From the IMG/VR virus record IMGVR_UViG_3300035494_000066: a stretch of DNA of 64,000 nucleotides; one strand, given 5' to 3'. The stretch is from a virus (lineage: Duplodnaviria; Heunggongvirae; Uroviricota; Caudoviricetes). A program made the position numbers and the translations under genes. The notes below the pieces were generated by a model. That model was not told the DNA's origin. It saw only the letters and a list, made by a program, of their open reading frames with translations, and searched no databases. This document shows positions 18,904 through 28,245 of the stretch, in pieces (position 1 is the stretch's first letter; every line of letters starts with the position of its first letter).

Positions 18904-19488
18904 TTACAAGTTCCATGCAGCGATATAAACATCACTGTATAACGACTCGTCAAAATCGTCTATTGCACCAAAATGTGTTTCAACCCACTCTTTTGTAAAC
19001 TTCTCCCACACTAAATTGTTTTTAGCAGCAAACTTAAAATACTCTTCTGTGTCGCGTAACATTGTTTCCTTCATATGGTTGTTGTTTACATATGCAGAAT
19101 AGTTAGGGTAAGTTATATCAAACCCACCAGCCTGTTTCCACCAGGTATAACTATCTTTAACGTTTCGGTATACAATAACAATAGACTCATTAGGAAACTT
19201 AGTCTTAATACGGTCTAGAAATGTCGACCATTCGTGACTTTTAAGCAACCGATATTTTGCCTTTGAATTTCTATCATCGAACGGTGCATTTAAAGTATTT
19301 TCGTTTAGACTTACAGGAAATTCCATATCAGTACCGAAGTAGCTACCCTGATGCCCTGTAAAATTATTTTGTATGTATTGTCTACTAGGTGTTCGGTCGC
19401 TAATATCAAACAACCCAGTAGATTCAATTATTTGAGCAATGCCCGACCATCGCGATCCCGGAATTCCGGTGAAAAATATTCTTTTCAT
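18904..19488 (-). CDS. P-loop/sulfotransferase-like protein (probable start MKRIFFTG)
   Basis: IFFTGIPGSRWS, LLKSH, IVIVYRN: sulfotransferase-like motif order. Confidence 0.55.
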   Translation of the reverse strand: MKRIFFTGIPGSRWSGIAQIIESTGLFDISDRTPSRQYIQNNFTGHQGSYFGTDMEFPVSLNENTLNAPFDDRNSKAKYRLLKSHEWSTFLDRIKTKFPNESIVIVYRNVKDSYTWWKQAGGFDITYPNYSAYVNNNHMKETMLRDTEEYFKFAAKNNLVWEKFTKEWVETHFGAIDDFDESLYSDVYIAAWNL

Positions 19489-19546
19489 GGTAATCTCTAT
19501 TGAATAGTGTATAATAAATATTGTTTTTAGGAGTTTAAATCTATTT

Positions 19547-20374
19547 ATGCAACCAATGTATGCAATATCGTATTTAACTGGAGCATGCGGCAGCTTTTTA
19601 GCACACTGTATACAATTATGCGATTCCAGAATTTTTAAAGAAGTCGTAGACCCTTTAACACCAGATGGTACTGCGCACAACAACCGCTATAACATTATTC
19701 ATGTAAACGCTAACAGTGCTAACTCGTTACTGTTAGATCCTCACATGACCCGGCCTATTATAAAGTATCACGACTTCCATGATTGCGCAGAAGTTGAGTT
19801 TGAAAACTCATCCGGTTACGTTACAGAGCTATTGAATCGCATCGAGGTTTTTCCTACTAAAGAAGTCTACATAGATATAACAGGATACGAATATTGGGTT
19901 TTTGCTAATGTTTATACCAAGGTCCCCGATAACTTAGGCCTTACTGGCAAATTTAACGAAAAGATAAAACACTGGAGTGACATGTCGAGTTTTGATTCGC
20001 GGGCAGAGTGTATGTCGTACTTAATAGACAATCATCTAGACTCACTATTTTGCAAATTTAACCAAAATAATTTACATGTTGCAAACGCACATGGGCAAAA
20101 AATTGTCCATATATCTGAAATTTTATTTCAGATCGTTGATGTAATTACCGAACTAATACCAAGTGAGTATTTAATAAATATCGATCAGCTGCAAGAAATG
20201 CATAGAAATTACATACAATCGCAACATATAATCGGCATCGACGAACGTATTAAGCATCCTATCGGTGACATCTTTTCGGCAAAGGATACATGTGAGAATC
20301 TATTACTATACGGCAGTCGAATGTCATATTTGCGGAAAAAGTTTGGAGAAATGTTTAGTTGGTCGCTTATTTAA
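19547..20374 (+). CDS. Hypothetical protein, sulfotransferase-like N-terminus
   Basis: ISYLTGACGSFL; AGGAG SD; TAAATA at 19515-19520. Confidence 0.55.
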   Translation: MQPMYAISYLTGACGSFLAHCIQLCDSRIFKEVVDPLTPDGTAHNNRYNIIHVNANSANSLLLDPHMTRPIIKYHDFHDCAEVEFENSSGYVTELLNRIEVFPTKEVYIDITGYEYWVFANVYTKVPDNLGLTGKFNEKIKHWSDMSSFDSRAECMSYLIDNHLDSLFCKFNQNNLHVANAHGQKIVHISEILFQIVDVITELIPSEYLINIDQLQEMHRNYIQSQHIIGIDERIKHPIGDIFSAKDTCENLLLYGSRMSYLRKKFGEMFSWSLI

Positions 20375-20771
20375 TATAGCCAGATTCTCGCATATGTTTC
20401 CTGATAGCAGTTGCTGATATAGAATGGACATCATCGCCTAAGTGATGTTGAGTAAATGTATAACCAACATCGCGGCCATAACTGATATCAACAATATTCG
20501 GCACTTGCAGTACAATATATTCTCTGCCGTGCTCAAACCCTTCCTTATTAAGCGCTTGTGTTATTCGTGACTTAACGTCTTCGAATGTAAACGGATTGTC
20601 TACTTGCCCAGGAACTCTTGAATTTGCTTCCGAGTCTACTGGAACTGATCTGCACATAATGCATACCTGGCCCACTTCGTTGTAAGCTGCTTTAAATAAC
20701 GCAGTATGACCATCGTGCCATGGCTGGAATCGACCTAACATTTGCGCAGTTTCTTTATTATGATCAAACAT
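20367..20771 (-). CDS. Cytidyltransferase-like / ATP-sulfurylase-like nucleotidyltransferase
   Basis: MLGRFQPWHDGH, ISATAIR. Confidence 0.75.
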   Translation of the reverse strand: MFDHNKETAQMLGRFQPWHDGHTALFKAAYNEVGQVCIMCRSVPVDSEANSRVPGQVDNPFTFEDVKSRITQALNKEGFEHGREYIVLQVPNIVDISYGRDVGYTFTQHHLGDDVHSISATAIRKHMRESGYIK

Positions 20772-20961
20772 GAATCTTACTCCATAGTCGCTCGTGTACG
20801 TAGTACAGAATACTCTTGCCTACAAAATCTACTATAAAAATACCACTAGCAATAGTTACACTATTACTAAGCATCAGCCCGAGACTAGCAGTTAGCATGC
20901 TACCAACAATTCGCCACGATAGCGTTTTATACAACGATTTCTTTCTTGATTCGATTAGCAA
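20764..20961 (-). CDS. DUF2061-like membrane protein
   Basis: SLYKTLSWR...YYVHERLW. Confidence 0.75.
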   Translation of the reverse strand: MLIESRKKSLYKTLSWRIVGSMLTASLGLMLSNSVTIASGIFIVDFVGKSILYYVHERLWSKIHV

Positions 20962-21352
20962 GATCTTCTACCTCCAAGTCAGTGAGCCAACTAGTAACCC
21001 GAACATGTGCGTCAGACACTGGGACAAAGACTTTATTAGTATCATCAAATCGTGAAGTACTAACAGTATCCATCCACACAATGAAGTCAGGGTCGAATAT
21101 ATTCCGAGTTTCTACTGTAGGACATACAAAATCGCATATCACAGTTCTAGAATTCTGACGTTCAAAATCGGCAATAGTTTTCATCCTGTGCGACTGTCGT
21201 ATACGGCCGCTACGAGAAAAGTCCCAGTCGTTTGCCATTTTCCGAAGCTCGTCGGCATTGTACCACGCACACTTCAATTGTGTTGCTAACTTTTCTGCTA
21301 GGTACGTCTTTCCACTTCCGGGTAGTCCGCAAATTAATATTTTCACTTTCAC
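20927..21352 (-). CDS. cysC: Adenylylsulfate kinase-like protein
   Basis: ILICGLPGSGKT, NADELR, DWDFS..GR.RQ, ICDFVCP. Confidence 0.75.
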   Translation of the reverse strand: MKVKILICGLPGSGKTYLAEKLATQLKCAWYNADELRKMANDWDFSRSGRIRQSHRMKTIADFERQNSRTVICDFVCPTVETRNIFDPDFIVWMDTVSTSRFDDTNKVFVPVSDAHVRVTSWLTDLEVEDLANRIKKEIVV

Positions 21353-21370
21353 TCCGATATAAATTAGTGC

Positions 21371-21380
21371 TAAATATTTA
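21371..21380. promoter_or_regulatory. Bidirectional T4-like late promoter
   Basis: Palindrome TAAATATTTA between divergent cysC and phoH. TAAATA recurs upstream of at least 12 genes (5785, 10419, 12342, 15930, 16406, 18895, 19515, 32168, 45279, 50007, 52604, 55101). Confidence 0.7.
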
Positions 21381-21404
21381 TAGATTAGTAAAATCTATTA
21401 GACA

Positions 21405-22121
21405 GTGCCGGAGGTTATTTTGTCTACAAAACACAACCACGCTACACAAGAATCACCAAAGATCCCCGCTATTCGCCGCAAAACACATATTGATATCATA
21501 CCTAGAAACTTATCACAAGAAACATATACCAACTATTTACTCAACGAAGATATTGATATATGCTTCGGTATAGGACCAGCTGGTACAGGTAAAACATTAT
21601 TAGCGACGTTAGCCGGTATAAAGCAACTAAAAGAAGGAAAAGTTGCAAGGATCGTTATCACAAGGCCAGCTGTTACCGTCGACGACGAAAAACACGGCTT
21701 CTTGCCAGGTGATTTAAATCAAAAAATGGAGCCATGGACTCGCCCTATTTTTGATGTTTTTGAAGAATATTTTACTCCCGCCGAAATAGCAACTATGTTA
21801 GAAGAACGCGTTATCGAGGTAGCTCCACTAGCATATATGCGAGGTAGAACTTTTAAGCACTCTTGGATCATCGCCGACGAGATGCAAAATGCCACACCAG
21901 GCCAAATGAAAATGCTACTAACCCGCTTAGGTGAAGGAAGTAAAATAGTCGCAACCGGTGATATCGACCAAGCAGACCGGGCTAACAATAATAACGGTCT
22001 GCTTGACTTTCAATTGCGCTATTCTGATGATTCGAGCTTGATAAAACTAGTACAGTTTGCAAAAAAGGATATCGAACGACATCCTGTTGTAGAAAAAATA
22101 CTAGAAATTTACGGGGAATGA
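21405..22121 (+). CDS. phoH: PhoH-family ATPase
   Basis: GIGPAGTGKT, GFLPGDL, AYMRGRTF, DEMQN, LTRLG, GDIDQ. Confidence 0.95.
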   Translation: MPEVILSTKHNHATQESPKIPAIRRKTHIDIIPRNLSQETYTNYLLNEDIDICFGIGPAGTGKTLLATLAGIKQLKEGKVARIVITRPAVTVDDEKHGFLPGDLNQKMEPWTRPIFDVFEEYFTPAEIATMLEERVIEVAPLAYMRGRTFKHSWIIADEMQNATPGQMKMLLTRLGEGSKIVATGDIDQADRANNNNGLLDFQLRYSDDSSLIKLVQFAKKDIERHPVVEKILEIYGE

Positions 22122-22140
22122 ATATGCTAATTTGATAATT

Positions 22141-22998
22141 TTAATGTTTTACTAGATCTAATCGTACAAGATGTGTATTTAGATTCTGTAATAACACTTT
22201 ATGAGCTGGTTGGATTTCATTGTTAACGTATTCGGCTAGCTCATGATAATCTTCAATGATATCTGACTTGTTATACGGATGTTTTTTATACTTGGGTTTA
22301 ACTGCATTATAGAAAGGAGCGAACTCTTCGTATGTAGTATACAACACGTTAACATTATTAAACGACAGATATACATACAAGTCGTAAAAGTACTTAATGT
22401 CAGAAAAGCGTTTTGTAACTTCTGCTAACGACCAATTAACAGTCGGTAGTGCGGTCAAGAAACGATCATCTTCATCAATTTCAAACTTTGACTTAAAGTC
22501 GAGTTGTTCGATTATAATGTTACTTGCTACAGTTTCCAAGAAAGACTCACGGACAATTGTATATATTGTTGCGTATTCTTTTAAAACGCTATACTTGTGT
22601 TCGTGCGAAAAGCCGACTTTAAGGAAGTCTGAAAGTATATGAGACCCTACCCTACCAACTGTAGTGATATGTGCTCCGCTTTTTTGGGAAGCAACAATAG
22701 ATCGATAATCGACAATTGTCGACGCAAGCGAACAGTGGTGTAAATTCTGATCATCCGAACATGAGTCTGACAAAATTTTAATAATGCGAGTATTAGGCAG
22801 TTTAAGTATATCATCGAAACTGTTGTTGTAGCTTAGCCGAATTTCAAATATCTTTCCGTCGTTGTTATTGAGAATGTCTGAATTTAACATAGTATCAGAC
22901 CATGATTCGTTCCAGTGCCCTATATAAGACAAGTCTGGATTTTCAGCACAATATCGATCAAAATCAGATTTACAATCGTGAATTACACCTATATTCAA
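22141..22998 (-). CDS. Hypothetical protein with sulfotransferase-like C-terminal half
   Basis: TVGRVGSH...IVRESFLETVAS...TYEEF. Confidence 0.5.
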   Translation of the reverse strand: MNIGVIHDCKSDFDRYCAENPDLSYIGHWNESWSDTMLNSDILNNNDGKIFEIRLSYNNSFDDILKLPNTRIIKILSDSCSDDQNLHHCSLASTIVDYRSIVASQKSGAHITTVGRVGSHILSDFLKVGFSHEHKYSVLKEYATIYTIVRESFLETVASNIIIEQLDFKSKFEIDEDDRFLTALPTVNWSLAEVTKRFSDIKYFYDLYVYLSFNNVNVLYTTYEEFAPFYNAVKPKYKKHPYNKSDIIEDYHELAEYVNNEIQPAHKVLLQNLNTHLVRLDLVKH

Positions 22999-23597
22999 TT
23001 AATTCCTCCTGCAGTTTGATAATAGTATATGTCTTTCCATGTATTTACAACAGTTGCAAGGCCTTTGTACGATTGATTATAAGGGTGCGAAACTAGCACC
23101 GATTTAAGTCCAAGTTCAACTCCGACGTCAGCATTTTCCGGCTTGTCTTCAACCCAAAGACACTCAGAATCCGTATACGGCAATAGAGCGTTGCGCTTGC
23201 ATGCGCCTGTATCAACACATACTACTTTCTCAAATACCCCTTTTCCAAACACAGTTTCTAGATTACGCTTTCGCAATTCGTAGCTGCTCGGGTCTAATCC
23301 TAAGCTAGTAATAGCATGAAAGATGTATCCGTGCTCTTCATGAAGCTTACGGACATATTTAATTGCATCTCGCATAGGTGGTAAGAAGCCGATTGCTGCA
23401 CTTTCGTTAAACATCCTAATGTAACGCAACGCCTCATCTTGATTCAAGTTGTAGCGATTAAAAATAGTGTAAAGGATTTCGCTACCTTTGTTGCGCTCAA
23501 ATCCGTGGCGTTGCATCCACATTGTAAACGAATATTCCCAATCTAGTAGAACTCCGTCGACGTCAGTTAGGATCACTTTTTCATGTAGGTTATACAA
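22995..23597 (-). CDS. HAD-family 5'(3')-nucleotidase
   Basis: ILTDVDGVLLDW, WVEDKPEN, HPYN. Confidence 0.8.
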   Translation of the reverse strand: MYNLHEKVILTDVDGVLLDWEYSFTMWMQRHGFERNKGSEILYTIFNRYNLNQDEALRYIRMFNESAAIGFLPPMRDAIKYVRKLHEEHGYIFHAITSLGLDPSSYELRKRNLETVFGKGVFEKVVCVDTGACKRNALLPYTDSECLWVEDKPENADVGVELGLKSVLVSHPYNQSYKGLATVVNTWKDIYYYQTAGGIN

Positions 23598-23606
23598 TGT
23601 AATTAC

Positions 23607-24002
23607 TCACAGGTGTTTTTGAAGTTCAAACGCTAGTGCTTTAAGCTTAGGTGCATCCTCAAGGAAACGTTCGCACTCAGCTGCACTAATATCGTACATG
23701 CTTGCGTCTAACTCGCGAAATGCGTTATCGGCAGTTATTAACCGATTTAGTGCTAAGTTAATAACTGCATCAACCTCTGCTGCAGAGGCTGGGCCATTGA
23801 CAGCAATATACCGTGCCCGTAGCGAGCTCACAAATGCTAGGCCAGCATCTTCTGCTAACTGATCGTAGCCGCACCACTGGCCCATGAACCAGTTCATCAT
23901 TCCTTTGTTAATCATCGGAGTTACATCATCTAGCATGTCGGCTGCAACTGGCTGCGAACTCAATGCTATCGCTACACTAGCTGCGATTAGAATCTTTTTC
24001 AT
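23607..24002 (-). CDS. Secreted/periplasmic hypothetical protein
   Basis: Signal peptide MKKILIAASVAIALSSQPVAA. Confidence 0.65.
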   Translation of the reverse strand: MKKILIAASVAIALSSQPVAADMLDDVTPMINKGMMNWFMGQWCGYDQLAEDAGLAFVSSLRARYIAVNGPASAAEVDAVINLALNRLITADNAFRELDASMYDISAAECERFLEDAPKLKALAFELQKHL

Positions 24003-24730
24003 GATACAGCCTCAAAGTCAGTTAGTAAAAAATTAATAGGAGTGTTTTTAAACATCATATGAACAATAGCAGAATCTTCCAGCTGAGTCAACCACTCTGG
24101 GTTTATTTTTATTTTTTTCGATAAAGAAAAGTTTGCCCGAGATACTTTATCAGCTGCTGAACTAACTAGTCGGGCACTTAAGCAAGCATCTGGGTGTTTA
24201 AGAAGACATACTAGAGGCGGTTGTGCTTCTAGCGCAATAGTATTATTAACAACATACATGTCAAACGGTTTCGAGAAGTCGATATTAGGAATAAACGGAG
24301 TAACTTCGTTTTGTCGTATTACCGAATATGCTGCTTCGCGCTGGACACTAACTAACGTGTCTAGATTTCTGCGGACATTATCCCACGATATTACCGATGA
24401 TGTCTGTTTAGCTAATTTTCGAAACTGCAGCCATGGCCTTAGTAAGGAATTCGGTGTTCGAGCAGTTGTATCTTTAGTTAACGCAGCTATCATGACTTGA
24501 TGGTTATAACTGTCTAAGACATCAGTCGCAATTGACATTAGATGCGCAAACGCTTCTGACTGACAATAGTTAGGATTAAATCTGAATTCTCTAATTATCT
24601 CTCGGACAACAACTGATTCCGCTTGTTGGGCTAGAGGCGCTGCACTAGTACGCATTTTATTGTAAGCTAAGACTGCAAGTGCAAGTTCTTGCAGTCTTAC
24701 GTAGCTCAGCTCAATTGGTTCTGCTTGCAT
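23999..24730 (-). CDS. Hypothetical protein
   Basis: Long ORF in operon. Confidence 0.6.
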   Translation of the reverse strand: MQAEPIELSYVRLQELALAVLAYNKMRTSAAPLAQQAESVVVREIIREFRFNPNYCQSEAFAHLMSIATDVLDSYNHQVMIAALTKDTTARTPNSLLRPWLQFRKLAKQTSSVISWDNVRRNLDTLVSVQREAAYSVIRQNEVTPFIPNIDFSKPFDMYVVNNTIALEAQPPLVCLLKHPDACLSARLVSSAADKVSRANFSLSKKIKINPEWLTQLEDSAIVHMMFKNTPINFLLTDFEAVS

Positions 24731-24734
24731 TCGG

Positions 24735-25664
24735 TTAGCCTATTGATGCTAGCTCGCACAATGTTGCAGCAAGGTTAATTTCTTGATCAGATACTAGAGG
24801 AACATTACGCAATCCTTTAGCAATAATCTGAATTGCTTGATCTTGACCTTCTTCGGTAGTACTAAAGAGTTCCAAGTTGTCATACAGCCACCGGAACACA
24901 TCATCAACTTCCTCGGGGCGCATTTGTGAGCAAACTAGTTTCCGAGCCTCTCGGACTTTTCCAGCTTTAAACAGCTCAACGAGCTCGATTTTGTAGTCTG
25001 AACTGTTAGAGCTAGAGTCAGATGCAGATAATAGCTTCCCGTCAATTGAGTTAAGCTGCAAGTTGTTAATGCACTTTCTTAAATCCGGATAGGTTGCCTT
25101 TACATATGCATCGAGTGTGTCTAGGTCAAAATCGGTGATGCCTTCACTAATAAGAACAGTAGCCGCACGCGCAGTAAACTCTTGCTTATCAATTTTTTCA
25201 ATGTGCATACCTTGGCATCGACTATGCAACGCTGGAATGATCCTATTAGGGTAGTTGCACGTTAAAATAAAACGAACACTATGACTGTATTCTTCCATTA
25301 GATTACGAAGTGCTGGTTGTACGCTTTGCGGGTTAAGGTAGTCTGCTTCGTCGAGTAATACTACCTTAAATTTGCCAAATGGCATAGTTTGGCAAAAACC
25401 GATTAGTTTGTCATTGAGCCACTCGATCTTCCGGCCTTCTTTTGACGCGTTTGCAACCATCACGTCTGCACTATCTACTCCTAGCTGGTTGATCAAGATC
25501 TTAGCTAGTGTAGTCTTACCAACACCTGCATTACCGCTTAGTAACAAGTGGGGAATGTCCCCCGAACTAATCCATTTGTTAATCTGCTGTCGTTGACGAT
25601 CATCAGTGAATACGTACCCGTCGACATCTGCCGGCCGATACTTTTCGATCCAAAGTGTGTTCAT
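24735..25664 (-). CDS. Clamp loader AAA+ subunit (T4 gp44/RFC small subunit-like)
   Basis: WIEKYRP, SGNAGVGKTT, NAS, LLDEAD, ALRNLMEEY, SRC. Confidence 0.92.
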   Translation of the reverse strand: MNTLWIEKYRPADVDGYVFTDDRQRQQINKWISSGDIPHLLLSGNAGVGKTTLAKILINQLGVDSADVMVANASKEGRKIEWLNDKLIGFCQTMPFGKFKVVLLDEADYLNPQSVQPALRNLMEEYSHSVRFILTCNYPNRIIPALHSRCQGMHIEKIDKQEFTARAATVLISEGITDFDLDTLDAYVKATYPDLRKCINNLQLNSIDGKLLSASDSSSNSSDYKIELVELFKAGKVREARKLVCSQMRPEEVDDVFRWLYDNLELFSTTEEGQDQAIQIIAKGLRNVPLVSDQEINLAATLCELASIG

Positions 25665-25677
25665 TGAAACTCCAATG

Positions 25678-26217
25678 TTAAATCTTAGTGATGTTTAAAT
25701 GTTTAAGGGATTTTTGAAGAGCAACTGCTTGATAGTACGCATCAGCAAGTGCATTGTGAAGATCTTGTTGCATGTCCTTTCTAGGATCTTTCGGCATTGC
25801 TGCTAAGATTGTCCGACTGTCGCGTACATTCCAAAAGTCAAAATTAACGCCTGATCCTGCTGACTGCATGAAACTTTCGAGAATAGGGATATCAAATGCA
25901 ACTCCTTGTGCCCATACTCGATCGAGGCCAACTAGCCACTTATTAATCTGTGCAGCAGCATCTTCCATCGAAACTGTGTCTTCGTTATAAAACGCATCAT
26001 TGACTACAGATTCTGGCTGCTCTGCCCACCAATCGATAGTGTCGTTACTAACTGTTCGACCTGCTGCAAGCTGCTCGCTTATATCAAGCTTGAGATACAA
26101 TCCAGTGTGCGGTTCGCTTAGCGAAAATGGATCAAACTTAATTGCACCAAGTGTTAGTATAACAGCTGACGGCGTTACGTCAACTGTTTCTAAGTCAATC
26201 ATACCATGTGTAGCCAT
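25678..26217 (-). CDS. 3'-5' exonuclease (DexA/DUF5051-like)
   Basis: MIDLET, FDIPIL, HNALADAYYQA. Confidence 0.85.
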   Translation of the reverse strand: MATHGMIDLETVDVTPSAVILTLGAIKFDPFSLSEPHTGLYLKLDISEQLAAGRTVSNDTIDWWAEQPESVVNDAFYNEDTVSMEDAAAQINKWLVGLDRVWAQGVAFDIPILESFMQSAGSGVNFDFWNVRDSRTILAAMPKDPRKDMQQDLHNALADAYYQAVALQKSLKHLNITKI

Positions 26218-26603
26218 TAGTATGCTCCGAAATAGTTGTCAGGCGGATCACCTTCGTCGTCGTAGATAGCAAGCACTTTTTCTGGGTCAGCTCGGCGTAG
26301 AACACGCTCAACTCCGTCGTCGCCGATAACAGTAAACTCTCGAGTCCATCTACCGTGCTCGATTAAGATCCACTGTCCTACTTTAACATCTGATTGTTCA
26401 GGCCCGACTGCATACACTTGTGCCCAACGCGGTCGAATCCCCGAATCTTTACCGTCATCAGACGTTAGCACAATGCCCCCGGTGGTTTTACGTTCACCGA
26501 AGTTCATCTTGTCGACAATAATGTTATTGCCCAGTGCACGGATATTTCCGTGCACTGCATTCGTAAACCGTTCGCGACCGCCTAAGGATGCAAACTCGTT
26601 CAT
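26217..26603 (-). CDS. groES: GroES/Cpn10 co-chaperonin
   Basis: ERKTTGGIVLT...VYAVGPE...VKVG. Confidence 0.8.
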   Translation of the reverse strand: MNEFASLGGRERFTNAVHGNIRALGNNIIVDKMNFGERKTTGGIVLTSDDGKDSGIRPRWAQVYAVGPEQSDVKVGQWILIEHGRWTREFTVIGDDGVERVLRRADPEKVLAIYDDEGDPPDNYFGAY

Positions 26604-27019
26604 AGACGTTTAACTCCAGTAATTGATCGGTTACGCTCGCGTGTTGACTTTACTTCAGTTGTTTCTTTAGTCTGCTGTGCTGCAGTAGTTTTACTCAAGC
26701 TTGGCTCGTTTGTCGCTTCTGCAGGAGCATTGTCGACTTGGGAACTTTGCTCAGCAGGCTCGTCGTCTACATCTGCTTGTGCAGCATTAGTGTATGAACT
26801 TTCGACAATGTCGTCGTCAGTAGGAACTGCAGTGTGTAGGTTGTAATAGTTGTCAGCTACAGCTTCGCTGCGGTTCTTAATTACACGACCGTCTGGTGTT
26901 AGTTCATCGCCGCGGGCGTTAACTCGCATATTTCCTACTGCGGCTGTATTTTCGTTTTTCAAACGGAGTGCTTCGATGTCAATTTGCTTACCGTTTGCTG
27001 TTCTGTATAGTTTTCCCAT
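26600..27019 (-). CDS. Hypothetical protein
   Basis: YRTANGKQIDIEALR...AVGNMRVNARGDEL; ORF in operon. Confidence 0.65.
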   Translation of the reverse strand: MGKLYRTANGKQIDIEALRLKNENTAAVGNMRVNARGDELTPDGRVIKNRSEAVADNYYNLHTAVPTDDDIVESSYTNAAQADVDDEPAEQSSQVDNAPAEATNEPSLSKTTAAQQTKETTEVKSTRERNRSITGVKRL

Positions 27020-27026
27020 TAATGTG

Positions 27027-27536
27027 TTACCTCAAAAATTCGTTAATGTCTAGCCCGTATTCTATAGAATTTACTCGGTGTACACCGAGTAAATACAAAA
27101 CGTAGCTCGAAACACTCGAACCGCGCCCGACTCCTAATACTATATTACGCTTCTTGCATTCGTCAACGAAGAACTTCAAGAACTTAAGTAGAGACTCAAA
27201 GCCGCGATCTAAGAACATTATAAGTTCGTCTTTAACTCTAATCAACTCGCATTCTGTTGTGCACAAAGACACAACATGTTCAACGATGTCAAACTCTTTA
27301 TACTCTGCAGGCATATTCCACTTTGATTGCATACTTGCGTGGAACATACCAACATCTCCTACATCAGCAACATATTCTGCTAAAAGTGGAAGACTGCTAT
27401 ATAACTCTTCTACTGCGTAATTGTATCTAGATTCGACTACATTCACATCCGACAGGTCTAGACTAGGATTGCAGTACAACGCATCCACTAGCTCAGATTC
27501 AGAATAAACAGTTCGATGGTACTTATCTTGGATCAT
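27027..27536 (-). CDS. Stand-alone fragment homologous to DNA polymerase III alpha (DnaE)
   Basis: RVKDEL...FLKFFVD...GVGRGSSVSSYVLYLLGVHRVNSIEYGL matches the DnaE GRGS segment. Confidence 0.75.
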   Translation of the reverse strand: MIQDKYHRTVYSESELVDALYCNPSLDLSDVNVVESRYNYAVEELYSSLPLLAEYVADVGDVGMFHASMQSKWNMPAEYKEFDIVEHVVSLCTTECELIRVKDELIMFLDRGFESLLKFLKFFVDECKKRNIVLGVGRGSSVSSYVLYLLGVHRVNSIEYGLDINEFLR

Positions 27537-27783
27537 CTATGTCTACTACATCTTTTGCATTGCCTTTGTTATTCTTAGACAATCCTTCGAGCTGTTGCTT
27601 AGATTTTTCGCTAAACTTTTCGACATACGCGTCTTTAATTTGTTGTAGCTGAGACAGAATCTGTGTCGAATCGAATATCCCGGATTGCATAGAATAAAAC
27701 AAAATACGTTTGTCAATCTCGCTAATTTTATCGCTTAACTGGTCAATGGTTAAATCATTTATGTCGTTGAGTAACGGATGCAT
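27523..27783 (-). CDS. Hypothetical protein
   Basis: ORF overlapping both neighbours. Confidence 0.6.
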   Translation of the reverse strand: MHPLLNDINDLTIDQLSDKISEIDKRILFYSMQSGIFDSTQILSQLQQIKDAYVEKFSEKSKQQLEGLSKNNKGNAKDVVDIDDPR

Positions 27784-28183
27784 GGAGTAGTACCTTATTT
27801 AAATCAGGTTGGAAATAGTCCGGACCTTTAATTACTTTACCGTCTTCGCGATATATCGGCTTACCATCGGGTCCGAGTTTTGACATATTACTTTTATGCA
27901 CTTCGCTAAAGCACTCGTCTAGATTGATCCCGAATGCGGCACCAGCACCGTAGACCACGTACAAAATGTCAGTTAATGCATCTGCTACCTCAACTATATC
28001 ACGGTCGACGATTGCAGTGCATAACTCACTGAACTCTTCTTTAATTAGCTCGATACGTAAAGACTGGATTTCTTCACTCGGCCAAGTAGGGGCAGAGTTT
28101 ACTTCTTGACCAAATGTTGTCATGAACTCGACTACTTTATTAAAATTGCTTTCGTTGTTACTTTCATTGCTAACGTTGCTCAT
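27755..28183 (-). CDS. MazG-like / PRA-PH NTP pyrophosphohydrolase
   Basis: LIKEEFSEL...EVADALTDILYVVYG...EVHKSNMSK...GKVIKGPDY. Confidence 0.85.
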   Translation of the reverse strand: MSNVSNESNNESNFNKVVEFMTTFGQEVNSAPTWPSEEIQSLRIELIKEEFSELCTAIVDRDIVEVADALTDILYVVYGAGAAFGINLDECFSEVHKSNMSKLGPDGKPIYREDGKVIKGPDYFQPDLNKVLLHASVTQRHK

Positions 28184-28209
28184 ATATCTCCTTTAAGAAT
28201 TACATTAGC

Positions 28210-28245
28210 AGTATAGCAAAATAGTTGACCTAGGTCAACTATTTT
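28210..28245 (-). promoter_or_regulatory. sigma70 promoter embedded in a perfect 28-bp palindrome (probable terminator)
   Basis: TTGACC-17-TATACT (28238-28210); palindrome AAAATAGTTGACCTAGGTCAACTATTTT at 28218-28245. Confidence 0.75.
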
